Assembly: GCF_001644705.1 (NCBI RefSeq)
Contig: NZ_CP015137.1
Coordinates: forward strand, 90,001 to 122,000
Length of the DNA stretch: 32,000 bases
Reading direction: 5' to 3'
From: Dickeya solani IPO 2222
Lineage (GTDB): Bacteria > Pseudomonadota > Gammaproteobacteria > Enterobacterales > Enterobacteriaceae
The notes under the pieces are model-generated. The model ran no database searches. It was not told the origin of the DNA and saw only the letters and a list, made by a program, of their open reading frames with translations. The position numbers and the translations under genes were made by a program. Shown here piece by piece: positions 17,932 through 28,270 of the stretch; the stretch's first letter is position 1; every line of letters starts with the position of its first letter.

Positions 17932-18185
17932 TATTTCTCCCTATAATCAGCAGGATATTAGAACAAAATTTTCACAATTTTATCAAAAAAGGGGGCATCA
18001 GTTGTCAGTATGACGTAAAATACTTGTCAGTTATGTCAACGACACCACGATTATCCCGAATCATTCAGCCACCGGTCAGCGAACGGCTAACCACCCCGCT
18101 GTCGGGGGTATAGCCTGATGGCGTCGATACGTGATTCCCTTCCTGTACGGAGCGGGAATTCATCATTTATGCGTTGGAGATTAAC

Positions 18186-18779
18186 ATGCAGCTAAAACGG
18201 GTGGCGGAAGCCAAACTACCCACCCCGTGGGGCGACTTCCTGATGGTAGGATTTGAGGAAACGGCGACCGGGCGCGATCACCTGGCGTTGGTTTATGGCG
18301 ATATTTCCAGTCCCGAACCGGTACTGGCCAGAGTACACTCTGAATGTCTGACCGGGGATGCGCTGTTTAGCCTGCGTTGTGATTGCGGTTTTCAGTTGGA
18401 AGCCGCCCTGAATCACATTGCCGAAGAAGGGCGTGGCATACTGCTGTATCACCGTCAGGAAGGGCGCAACATCGGGCTGTTGAACAAGATCCGGGCCTAT
18501 GCCTTGCAGGATCAGGGCGCCGACACGGTGGAAGCCAACCATCAGTTGGGCTTCGCCGCTGACGAGCGTGACTTCACGCTGTGCGCCGACATGTTCAAGC
18601 TGTTGAACGTGGAAGCGGTGCGCCTGCTCACCAACAACCCGAAAAAGGTCGCTATTCTGAGCGAAGCGGGCATCAACATCGTAGAGCGCGTGCCGCTGAT
18701 CGTCGGCCGCAACCCGAAAAACGAACATTATCTGGCGACCAAAGCGGCCAAGATGGGCCACCTGCTGGACACCGAATAA
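18186..18779 (+). CDS. ribA: GTP cyclohydrolase II RibA
   Basis: The ATG at 18186 has GGAG 6 nt upstream. The product [25 protein letters not shown]...[27 protein letters not shown]...[26 protein letters not shown] is near-identical to E. coli RibA. The ORF-track start (TTG at 18174) is 4 codons too long. Confidence 0.96.
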   Translation: MQLKRVAEAKLPTPWGDFLMVGFEETATGRDHLALVYGDISSPEPVLARVHSECLTGDALFSLRCDCGFQLEAALNHIAEEGRGILLYHRQEGRNIGLLNKIRAYALQDQGADTVEANHQLGFAADERDFTLCADMFKLLNVEAVRLLTNNPKKVAILSEAGINIVERVPLIVGRNPKNEHYLATKAAKMGHLLDTE

Positions 18780-18789
18780 GCCTCATTTC

Positions 18790-18811
18790 GCCAGGCGGTC
18801 ACCCGCCTGGC
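18790..18811. terminator. Hairpin in the 40-bp spacer between convergent ribA and the OppA/MppA-like gene
   Basis: GCCAGGCGG-tcac-CCGCCTGGC forms a perfect 9-bp stem. There is no U-tract on either strand. Confidence 0.5.
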
Positions 18812-18819
18812 CTGTCTCA

Positions 18820-20454
18820 TCAATGCTTGATGATGTAGATATCCTTACTGTAGTAATCCCCTTTCAAATCGGGTTTGAACCCGCCTACATACGGTTTCAC
18901 CATCTGGCTACGCACGTAGTAGTAAATCGGGATCAACGGCATCTGCTGTTGCAGGATAGTCTCCGCCTGATGATAGAGCGTGCTGCGTTCGTCCAGAGAA
19001 GAGGCTTTCACCGCCTTATCCAGCACCTCGTCATAAGCTTTATCGTTGAATTTACCGGTGTTGTTGCTGTCGTTGACACGCAACGTATCGAAATAGGTGG
19101 ACGGCTCGTTATAGTCGGCGCCCCACGAGTTTCTCACCACCTCAAAGTTGCCGGTGCGTGATGTATCCAGCAGGGTCTTCCATTCCTGATTCAGCAACGT
19201 AGCCTCCGCACCGAGATTCTGTTTCCACATTGACGCGGCGGCGATGGCGACTTTCTGGTGCGATTCTGAGGTGTTGTACAGCAACTCGAATTTCAGCGGA
19301 TGGCTTTGGTCAAATCCTGCTTCCTTCAGCAGTTTTTTCGCTTCGGCATTGCGCTGCTGCTGCGTCCAGCTCGCCCATTCCGGCTGGTTACTGGTATAAC
19401 CGGCCATACCGCGCGGCACATAGTTATACGCCGGCACCTGACCCTGCCCCAGCACCTTATCGGCAATGACGCTCTTATCGAGCGCCAGATCCAGCGCACG
19501 TCTGACGCGCGGGTCATTGAACGGCGGTTTCTGGGTATTGAATCGATAAATATACGTCGAGAGAAACGGCGTTACTTTTACTTCGTTTGGCAACTCTTCT
19601 TTCAGTGATTTGAACAACTGATTGGGCATGGTGTACGTTGCGTCCACTTCACCGGCTTTATAGCGGTTCACTTCGGCGGTGTTGGATACAATCGCCAGAT
19701 AGGTCACCTTGTTTAGCACCGTGTGAGCGTTATCCCAATAGTTGGGGTTACGTTTGGCGGTAATACGCTCGTTGACCACCCACTCGGAGGGAATGAACGG
19801 GCCGCTGCCGACAAAATTGGCGGTCTGGGTCCACTTGTCGCCAAATTTCTCAATCGCGGCTTTAGGCACGGTGATCATCACATAGTGATCCACCATCGGC
19901 AGGAAATAGGACAACGGCTGATCCAGCGTTACCTGTACGGTCTGTTTGTCCAGCGCCTTGATGCCCAGTTCCTGCGGGCTTTTCTTGCCAGCGATAATAT
20001 CAGCGGCGTTCAGCACATGCAGACTGCCCATGTAGCTCTGGTACGGCGACAGCGTTTTGGGGTCCACCAGACGTTGCCAACTGAACACCACATCATCGGC
20101 GGTAATCGGGCTGCCGTCAGACCATTTCAGCCCCGGACGCAGATGGAAGGTCCAGACCTGGTTATCTTTATTTTCCCAGCGATCCGCCAGGCCTGGCATC
20201 ACGGTGCCGTCATCGCGCACCGACACCAGCTTTTCGAAAAAATCGTGGATAAGGTTGCCTTCTACGTCACTTTCCACTTTATGCGGGTCCAGCGACGCCG
20301 GCTCGGAACCGTTGGCGCGCACCAGTTCCTGTTTATCCGCCAGTTGTACACCGGCAGGCACCTCGGCCGCCTGTACCGAAACCGCAGTAAGACTCAATGC
20401 ACCCAGTATCGGTGCCAGCCAGCCCTTGTCTATCCAACCCTTGTCTATCGTCAT
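18820..20454 (-). CDS. Periplasmic oligopeptide/murein-peptide-binding protein (OppA/MppA family, SBP cluster 5), orphan
   Basis: The 544-aa ORF has GAGGAG 8 nt upstream and a signal peptide ...LGALSLTAVSVQA/AEVP. It is collinear with E. coli OppA and MppA. Several segments look closer to MppA, including ADKQELVR..EPASLDP, WQRLVDPKTLSP, NTSESHQKVAIAAASMWKQNLG and GNFEVVRNSW.ADYNEPSTYF. No permease or ATPase genes are adjacent. Confidence 0.88.
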   Translation of the reverse strand: MTIDKGWIDKGWLAPILGALSLTAVSVQAAEVPAGVQLADKQELVRANGSEPASLDPHKVESDVEGNLIHDFFEKLVSVRDDGTVMPGLADRWENKDNQVWTFHLRPGLKWSDGSPITADDVVFSWQRLVDPKTLSPYQSYMGSLHVLNAADIIAGKKSPQELGIKALDKQTVQVTLDQPLSYFLPMVDHYVMITVPKAAIEKFGDKWTQTANFVGSGPFIPSEWVVNERITAKRNPNYWDNAHTVLNKVTYLAIVSNTAEVNRYKAGEVDATYTMPNQLFKSLKEELPNEVKVTPFLSTYIYRFNTQKPPFNDPRVRRALDLALDKSVIADKVLGQGQVPAYNYVPRGMAGYTSNQPEWASWTQQQRNAEAKKLLKEAGFDQSHPLKFELLYNTSESHQKVAIAAASMWKQNLGAEATLLNQEWKTLLDTSRTGNFEVVRNSWGADYNEPSTYFDTLRVNDSNNTGKFNDKAYDEVLDKAVKASSLDERSTLYHQAETILQQQMPLIPIYYYVRSQMVKPYVGGFKPDLKGDYYSKDIYIIKH

Positions 20455-20579
20455 TCCATGTGCTCCTCTATAATTTTATTTTATGGATCATGGCATTAAG
20501 CCATTATTCACTAATACTGCATCTGTGCAGTCAGCACAAGGGAACACGACACAATTCCCGCCGCACCCGCCATAACGGC

Positions 20580-20606
20580 AAAAAACCGGCCCCCAGAGGG
20601 GACCGG
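20580..20606 (-). terminator. Rho-independent terminator of acnA
   Basis: The minus strand reads CCGGUCCCC-ucu-GGGGGCCGG (9-bp stem including one G-U pair) followed by UUUUUU, 22 nt after the acnA stop. Confidence 0.85.
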
Positions 20607-20627
20607 CATGTATACAAGACCTGGGTG

Positions 20628-23309
<2,682 letters not shown>

Positions 23310-23764
23310 GATTTCTCCCCGGCAGGCAACCTGCCCGGCGGACTCACGTCAGTGAACGCCACGCAGACATGGCTGCAAAGTGATCTGATGGCTAGAAAAC
23401 CATCGGTGTGGCATCGCCTTACGGCGATAGGTATCGCTCATTTAAAGATAACACAAACTGTGGTTAACGCATTTGTAACATACTAGATAGCAAGATAAGC
23501 CACACGCGAGGGTGAATATTCCCGCTATGCAACCGATAACAACAGAAAGGAGACCGTTTACCCTTGGACAAGGATGTCGGGAGAAAGCAATGGCCCGGCA
23601 GTACGTTGATTTCACAGCACTCTTATCTTGCGATGCTGCGCACAGCCAGCCCCACTGATTTATTGCAATATGATTTACACGATCATGTGAAAACGTTTAC
23701 CGTTGTTAACACCTTTACCTGACACTGCGACTCACCGCAAAGACGTTTACTGAAGGAATGGCGA

Positions 23765-24379
23765 ATGAAACTCTATTACAAACCGGGAAGTTGCTCACTG
23801 TTTCCTCACATTATTCTGCACGAGACCCGGACCAAGTTCACGCTGGTGAACGTCGACCTGCGCACCAAAAAAACCGAACAGGGAGATGACTACCTGCAGA
23901 TCAATCCTAAAGGCATGGTGCCCGCGCTGGCGCTGGATGACGGCACCATTCTGACAGAAACCATAGCCATTGCCATGTATCTGGCGGACAAAGCGCCGCA
24001 ATACAATCTGATCGCGCCGTCCAGCACGATTCATCATTATCGCGCCATCGAGTGGCTGGCCTACATTTCCACTGAACTGCACAAGTCCTTCTCGCCGCTG
24101 TTCCGCCCCGGCACGCCGGAGCTGTACAAAGATTTGCTGAAAAGCTATCTGGAGCAGCGTTTCCGCTACCTGAATCAGGTATTGAGCGAGCATGACTATC
24201 TGGTGGGCAACCGCTTTGGCGTCGCCGACGCTTATCTGTTCACCATCTGTCGCTGGGCGCACGATCTGAAGTTCGACCTGATTCAGTTCCCGGCGCTGAC
24301 GGCTTATCTGGAGCGGGTCTCGGGGCGGCCGGCGGTGGAAAAAGCGCTGACGGCGGAAGGGCTTGACGTCAAATACTGA
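23765..24379 (+). CDS. gstA: Glutathione S-transferase (GstA-like, beta class)
   Basis: The product MKLYYKPGSCSLFPHIILHE....FTLV.VDL......GDDY..INPKG.VPAL.LDDGT.LTE..AI..YLAD...EWL.YI.TELHK.F.PLFRP.TPE...ADAYLFT..RWA is collinear with E. coli GstA. It is 204 aa and sits in the conserved position next to pdxY. Confidence 0.9.
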   Translation: MKLYYKPGSCSLFPHIILHETRTKFTLVNVDLRTKKTEQGDDYLQINPKGMVPALALDDGTILTETIAIAMYLADKAPQYNLIAPSSTIHHYRAIEWLAYISTELHKSFSPLFRPGTPELYKDLLKSYLEQRFRYLNQVLSEHDYLVGNRFGVADAYLFTICRWAHDLKFDLIQFPALTAYLERVSGRPAVEKALTAEGLDVKY

Positions 24380-24387
24380 CGTATCCG

Positions 24388-24447
24388 GGTAGCGGAATAC
24401 ATGGTAGTCGAATACATGGTAGTCGAATACATAGTAGTGGAAGACAA
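24388..24447. repeat. 15-bp tandem repeat, about 4 copies, in the gstA-pdxY convergent spacer
   Basis: The units are GGTAGCGGAATACAT / GGTAGTCGAATACAT / GGTAGTCGAATACAT / AGTAGTGGAAGACAA. The array starts 9 nt after the gstA stop and runs into the terminator hairpin. Confidence 0.9.
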
Positions 24448-24468
24448 CGGGGTGTCACGCCCCGTTGT
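24444..24468. terminator. Hairpin between convergent gstA and pdxY (probable bidirectional terminator)
   Basis: ACAACGGGG-tgtcacg-CCCCGTTGT forms a 9-bp stem, extendable by 2 bp, followed on the plus strand by TGGCTTATTAT. Confidence 0.6.
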
Positions 24469-24499
24469 TGGCTTATTATCCGTTTAGAAATAACCCCGT

Positions 24500-25360
24500 T
24501 TAGAGACGGACAGCCTGAAAATGATGGCGTGGCTGTATGATGCCGTCCTGCGCTGCCACCAGTTGCAGTTCGTACTGCTCCATCTCTTTCGTCACCAGCA
24601 TCACTTCATAAACCGCCGCGGTAGTGTGTTCCAGCGCTTTTTCCGGCGCAACGCCTTTCAGCAAATTCACCAGCAGCAAACCGCTGGTCAGGTCGCCCAC
24701 ACCAACCGGCTGGCGCGGCCCGAAATCCACCAGCGGACGCTGGATATGCCAGGCATCTTCCGGTGTCACCAGCAGCATTTCAAAACTGTCCTTACTGGCG
24801 GCGGCGCGGCTCAGGTGCTTGACCAGCACCAGCTTCGGCCCACGCTGGCAAAGTTCGCGACTGGCCTGCACCGCTTCGTCCACTGTATGGACGGTGCGGC
24901 CGCTCAGCAGTTCCAGCTCCGGCAAGTTGGGCGCAATCATATCGCTCGCCTGCAGCGATTGGTTACAGTGAAAATCGGTCACGCCTGCCGGCACGATGCA
25001 ACCTTTTTCAGGCGTTCCCATCACCGGGTCGCAGAAGTAGATGGCGCGCGGATTGGCGGCTTTCACCCGGCGCACCACCTCCAGAATATGCCCGCCCTGC
25101 TCCGGCGAGCCGATATACCCGCTCAATACCGCATCGCAATCCTTCAGGTGATCGATATTGCTGATGCCCTGAGCAATCTCGGTCAGATGCTCGGCGGGCA
25201 TCACGCAGCCAGTCCACTGTCCATATTGGGTATGGTTGGAAAATTGCACGGTATTCAGCGGCCAGACATTCACGCCCATCCGGCGCATGGGAAACTCCGC
25301 CGCGCTGTTGCCGGCATGACCGAAAACCACGTGAGACTGAATCGACAGTATGTTTTTCAT
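24500..25360 (-). CDS. pdxY: Pyridoxal kinase PdxY
   Basis: The 286-aa product [55 protein letters not shown]...[15 protein letters not shown]...[15 protein letters not shown] is near-identical in layout to E. coli PdxY. Confidence 0.96.
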   Translation of the reverse strand: MKNILSIQSHVVFGHAGNSAAEFPMRRMGVNVWPLNTVQFSNHTQYGQWTGCVMPAEHLTEIAQGISNIDHLKDCDAVLSGYIGSPEQGGHILEVVRRVKAANPRAIYFCDPVMGTPEKGCIVPAGVTDFHCNQSLQASDMIAPNLPELELLSGRTVHTVDEAVQASRELCQRGPKLVLVKHLSRAAASKDSFEMLLVTPEDAWHIQRPLVDFGPRQPVGVGDLTSGLLLVNLLKGVAPEKALEHTTAAVYEVMLVTKEMEQYELQLVAAQDGIIQPRHHFQAVRL

Positions 25361-25397
25361 GAAAGTGACTACCCTTGCCTGCTCAAATGCGAGGTGC

Positions 25398-25457
25398 GTG
25401 TTGTTATAAAATAGCTAGTTATAAGATCGCTTGTTATAAAACCGCGTGTTACTTTTG
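25398..25457. repeat. Four-unit array with 15-bp period carrying a conserved GTTATAA core, upstream of pdxY
   Basis: The units are GTGTTGTTATAAAAT / AGCTAGTTATAAGAT / CGCTTGTTATAAAAC / CGCGTGTTACTTTTG. The GTTA cores lie at 25403, 25418, 25433 and 25448. The array sits 38-97 bp upstream of the pdxY ATG. Confidence 0.8.
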
Positions 25458-25551
25458 CGCCGCCGATCGACGCGCAACCGATACGGCACAATCCGGTGTT
25501 GTCAGCCCGTCTCCCATCATGGCGCGGAACGCGCGCGCAGGGAAGCGCGCC

Positions 25552-25581
25552 TAAAAACAAAGGGAGCATTCCGCTCCCTTT
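25552..25581 (-). terminator. Rho-independent terminator of tyrS
   Basis: The minus strand reads AAAGGGAGC-ggaau-GCUCCCUUU (9-bp stem) followed by GUUUUUAGG, 11 nt after the tyrS stop. Confidence 0.85.
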
Positions 25582-25591
25582 GGTGGGTCAA

Positions 25592-26866
25592 TCAATCTTT
25601 CCAGCAGACCAGACAATAGTTTTTCTTACCCCGGCGCAGCAGGGTGTAACGGCCGAACAGACGATCGGCGCTCGTGAAGGTGTATTCCGGATCTGACTGC
25701 TTCTCGCCGTTGATAGTAATAGCGTTGGAAGCGATGGTCTTGCGCGCCTGCCCGCGGGAAGGCTGCAATTCGGAATCCACCAGCGCCTGCTGCAGGTCAG
25801 CGCCTGTCGCCAGCTCAACCATCGGCACGCCGTCCTGCGCCAGTTGCGCGAAATCCGCTTCGGTCAGGTCGCTCAGGTTACCGTTGAACAGGCTCTGGGT
25901 GATGCGTTTGGCCGCGATCAGCCCCTCTTCGCCGTGCACCAGGCGGGTCACTTCCTCCGCCAGCACATATTGGGCGCGCGGCGCGGCGCCGCTGTTCTTG
26001 TCTTCCTCTTCCAGCGCATTGATCGCGTCCATGTCGAGGAAGGTGAAGAACTTCAGGAACCGGTATACGTCGGCGTCAGCGGTGTTGATCCAGAACTGGT
26101 AGAACTTGTACGGACTGGTTTTCTTCGGATCCAGCCATACCGCGCCGCTTTCGGTTTTGCCGAACTTGGTGCCGTCAGACTTGGTGATCAGCGGAACGGT
26201 CAGGCCGAAAACCTGTTTCTGATGCAAACGGCGGGTCAGGTCGATCCCGGAAGTGATGTTGCCCCACTGGTCGGAACCGCCAATCTGCAACTCCACGCCG
26301 TGCAGCGCGTTCAACGAAGCAAAGTCATAGCCCTGCAACAGGTTGTAGGAGAACTCGGTGAAAGAAATACCTACATCATCCCGGTTCAGGCGCTGTTTGA
26401 CCGCTTCTTTGTTGATCATCTGGTTGACGGAGAAGTGCTTGCCGATATCGCGCAGAAACGTCAGCACGTTCATGGAACCGAACCAGTCGTAGTTGTTGGC
26501 CGCCACGGCGCTGTTGTCGCCGCAGTCGAAATCCAGGAACGGCGCAGCCTGGCGGCGAATTTTTTCCACCCATTCCTGCACAGTATCTTCGGTATTCAGC
26601 TTACGCTCGGCGGCTTTGAAGCTCGGGTCGCCAATCAGCCCCGTCGCGCCGCCCACCAGCGCCACCGGCTTGTGACCGGCCATCTGAAAGCGTTTCAGGC
26701 ACAGCAGTGGCACCAGATGTCCCAAATGCAAGCTGTCGGCAGTCGGATCAAAGCCGCAATACAGTGCAATTGGCCCCTGCGCCAGTCGCTCTGCTAACGC
26801 GCCCTCGTCCGTTACCTGGGCCACCAGGCCCCGCTCTTGCAATTGTTGAATCAGATTGCTTGCCAT
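25592..26866 (-). CDS. tyrS: Tyrosine--tRNA ligase
   Basis: The ATG at 26866 has GGAG 6 nt upstream. The product [83 protein letters not shown] carries the HIGH motif (HLGH) and KFGKT (the KMSKS equivalent). It is 424 aa, as in E. coli TyrS. The ORF-track start at 26908 is 14 codons too long. Confidence 0.97.
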   Translation of the reverse strand: MASNLIQQLQERGLVAQVTDEGALAERLAQGPIALYCGFDPTADSLHLGHLVPLLCLKRFQMAGHKPVALVGGATGLIGDPSFKAAERKLNTEDTVQEWVEKIRRQAAPFLDFDCGDNSAVAANNYDWFGSMNVLTFLRDIGKHFSVNQMINKEAVKQRLNRDDVGISFTEFSYNLLQGYDFASLNALHGVELQIGGSDQWGNITSGIDLTRRLHQKQVFGLTVPLITKSDGTKFGKTESGAVWLDPKKTSPYKFYQFWINTADADVYRFLKFFTFLDMDAINALEEEDKNSGAAPRAQYVLAEEVTRLVHGEEGLIAAKRITQSLFNGNLSDLTEADFAQLAQDGVPMVELATGADLQQALVDSELQPSRGQARKTIASNAITINGEKQSDPEYTFTSADRLFGRYTLLRRGKKNYCLVCWKD

Positions 26867-27006
26867 CAAAGTCTCCATGTATAAACGACTGCACCTTTGC
26901 CGGTACACGACTTTTCGCCTTTTTGGCGAAAGAAAAATTCAGGGTGACATAGAATAAAGCGCCGACACCGCGAGTGCCAGCGCTTAGCGCAACAAATTCC
27001 GGTGAT

Positions 27007-27759
27007 TTAGGGCGCCAGCCGGTCGATTGTCCAGCCATCGACATCGCGCTGGTACAGAAAACGATCGTGCAAGCGGTGTTCGCCCCCCTGCCAGAACTCC
27101 ATCGACTCGATAGTGACGCGAAATCCGCCCCAGAAACTCGGCAACGGAATCTCGCCTTGCTGGAACTTCTGTTTCATCTCGAAGAACTTGCTTTCCAGCA
27201 TGCTGCGGGCGGAAATGCGGCTTGACTGTTTTGAAACCCAGGCGCCGATCTGGCTGTCGCGTGGGCGGCTGTGGAAATACTTCATTACGTCCAGCATCGG
27301 CAGTTTTTCCGCCTTGCCTAAGACAATGACCTGACGCTCCAGCATGTGCCAGGGAAACAGCAGGCTGATACGGGAATTCGCCGCCAGTTGCTGCGCCTTG
27401 CGGCTACCCATATTGGTATAGAACACCATGCCTTTTTCATCATAGTGTTTCAGCAGCACGATGCGCTGATAAGGCTGGCCCTGCTCGTCGACCGTCGCCA
27501 CACACATCGCAGTAGGGTCCGCCAGTTGCGCTTCGCAAGCCTGCTTTAGCCAGCGTTCGAACAGATCGAGCGGGTTGTCGGTCAGATCGTGGCGGCGTAG
27601 CCCGCCACGGGTGTATTCGCGCCGTAAATCGGCAATATCGACAGCGGCAGTGTTTTCACCGGAAGCAATGTTTTTACCGGAAGCAGTGTTTTCACCGGGC
27701 GCGATCGCAACGCGGTTTCGGGTGTCAGGGTTGTGCGCGTCATCGTGTTCTGGGGTCAT
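27007..27759 (-). CDS. pdxH: Pyridoxamine/pyridoxine 5'-phosphate oxidase PdxH with an unusual repeat-containing N-terminal extension
   Basis: From ...[19 protein letters not shown] to ...[25 protein letters not shown] the product is collinear with E. coli PdxH (218 aa). The most plausible start is the ATG at 27759 (AGGA upstream), giving 250 aa. The extra roughly 30 residues include the tandem hexapeptides [18 protein letters not shown]. No ATG, GTG or TTG occurs in frame between the repeat and the conserved core. Confidence 0.9.
   Translation of the reverse strand: MTPEHDDAHNPDTRNRVAIAPGENTASGKNIASGENTAAVDIADLRREYTRGGLRRHDLTDNPLDLFERWLKQACEAQLADPTAMCVATVDEQGQPYQRIVLLKHYDEKGMVFYTNMGSRKAQQLAANSRISLLFPWHMLERQVIVLGKAEKLPMLDVMKYFHSRPRDSQIGAWVSKQSSRISARSMLESKFFEMKQKFQQGEIPLPSFWGGFRVTIESMEFWQGGEHRLHDRFLYQRDVDGWTIDRLAP
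27643..27696 (-). repeat. In-frame 18-bp tandem repeat x3 within the 5' end of pdxH
   Basis: The minus strand reads GGTGAAAACACTGCTTCC / GGTAAAAACATTGCTTCC / GGTGAAAACACTGCCGCT, encoding GENTAS / GKNIAS / GENTAA. Confidence 0.95.
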
Positions 27760-27858
27760 GAGGTCCTGCCGTTGCCTAACCGGGCGAGAAATATAGAGAG
27801 GACTCATTCTGCGCCCGCATCACTAAAATCTCAACGCCCGCAATGGCATAGACACGGA

Positions 27859-28164
27859 TTACTTCAGCACACAGTCATTGACGATGATTCTATCGCCTCG
27901 CACGATAAACGCCTGATTTCCCTTGCTCCAGAAGGCATATCGGTCATCACTGTAACGCGTGCCGGACGCGGCCGGCACCTGGGGCAGAGTGTGAGATTCG
28001 CCATCCAGCAGGAAGGTCACGCTGTCGCCCTGCGGACCGGGATTTAGGGTAACGGTGAGCGGCATGGTGCCGCACTGGTAGTACAAGGTCTGCGGCTTCG
28101 CGGCCGGCATCAGTTGAGCGCAGCCGCTTAATAGCACTACACCGGCGATCAGCAGTGGTTTCAT
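27859..28164 (-). CDS. mliC: Membrane-bound lysozyme inhibitor of C-type lysozyme (MliC/YdhA)
   Basis: The 101-aa lipoprotein begins MKPLLIAGVVLLSGC (lipobox LSGC) and has AGGAG upstream. YQC...PLTV.LN, SASG.RY.D and FWSKG......R..I..N.C match E. coli MliC. It occupies the conserved position between pdxH and anmK. Confidence 0.88.
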   Translation of the reverse strand: MKPLLIAGVVLLSGCAQLMPAAKPQTLYYQCGTMPLTVTLNPGPQGDSVTFLLDGESHTLPQVPAASGTRYSDDRYAFWSKGNQAFIVRGDRIIVNDCVLK

Positions 28165-28270
28165 TCTATTGTTCTCCTGTTATTAACGGATCCCAGCATC
28201 CCATCCGGACAAATCCAATAACGGAGCAGTCTATCAACAGACCGCTGACGGACCTCTCGGCAAAATCCGA

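Noticed and set aside
17932-18185. A possible FMN riboswitch upstream of ribA.
   Set aside because: I could not find the conserved FMN-element (RFN) core sequences or the multi-stem architecture. In enterobacteria the RFN element is associated with ribB rather than ribA.
23670-23720. A CRP/PhoP-like site upstream of gstA (TTTACACGATCATGTGAAAACGTTTACCGTTGTTAAC).
   Set aside because: The TCACA/TGTGA-like halves are in the wrong relative order and spacing for CRP. The GTTTA/GTTAA repeat has a 4-nt spacer rather than the 5-nt spacer of PhoP boxes.
25521-25551. A GC-rich alternating element, GGCGCGGAACGCGCGCGCAGGGAAGCGCGCC, near the tyrS terminator.
   Set aside because: It is a short self-complementary GC stretch adjacent to a clear intrinsic terminator. 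It shows no repeat structure or REP/BIME-like consensus that I can recognise, so it is probably just accessory secondary structure.
27760-27807. An upstream ATG at 27807 as the pdxH start (266-aa version).
   Set aside because: It has no Shine-Dalgarno sequence, and the extra residues ([16 protein letters not shown]) are not protein-like. The ATG at 27759 has an AGGA at suitable distance. This cannot be fully excluded without experimental data.
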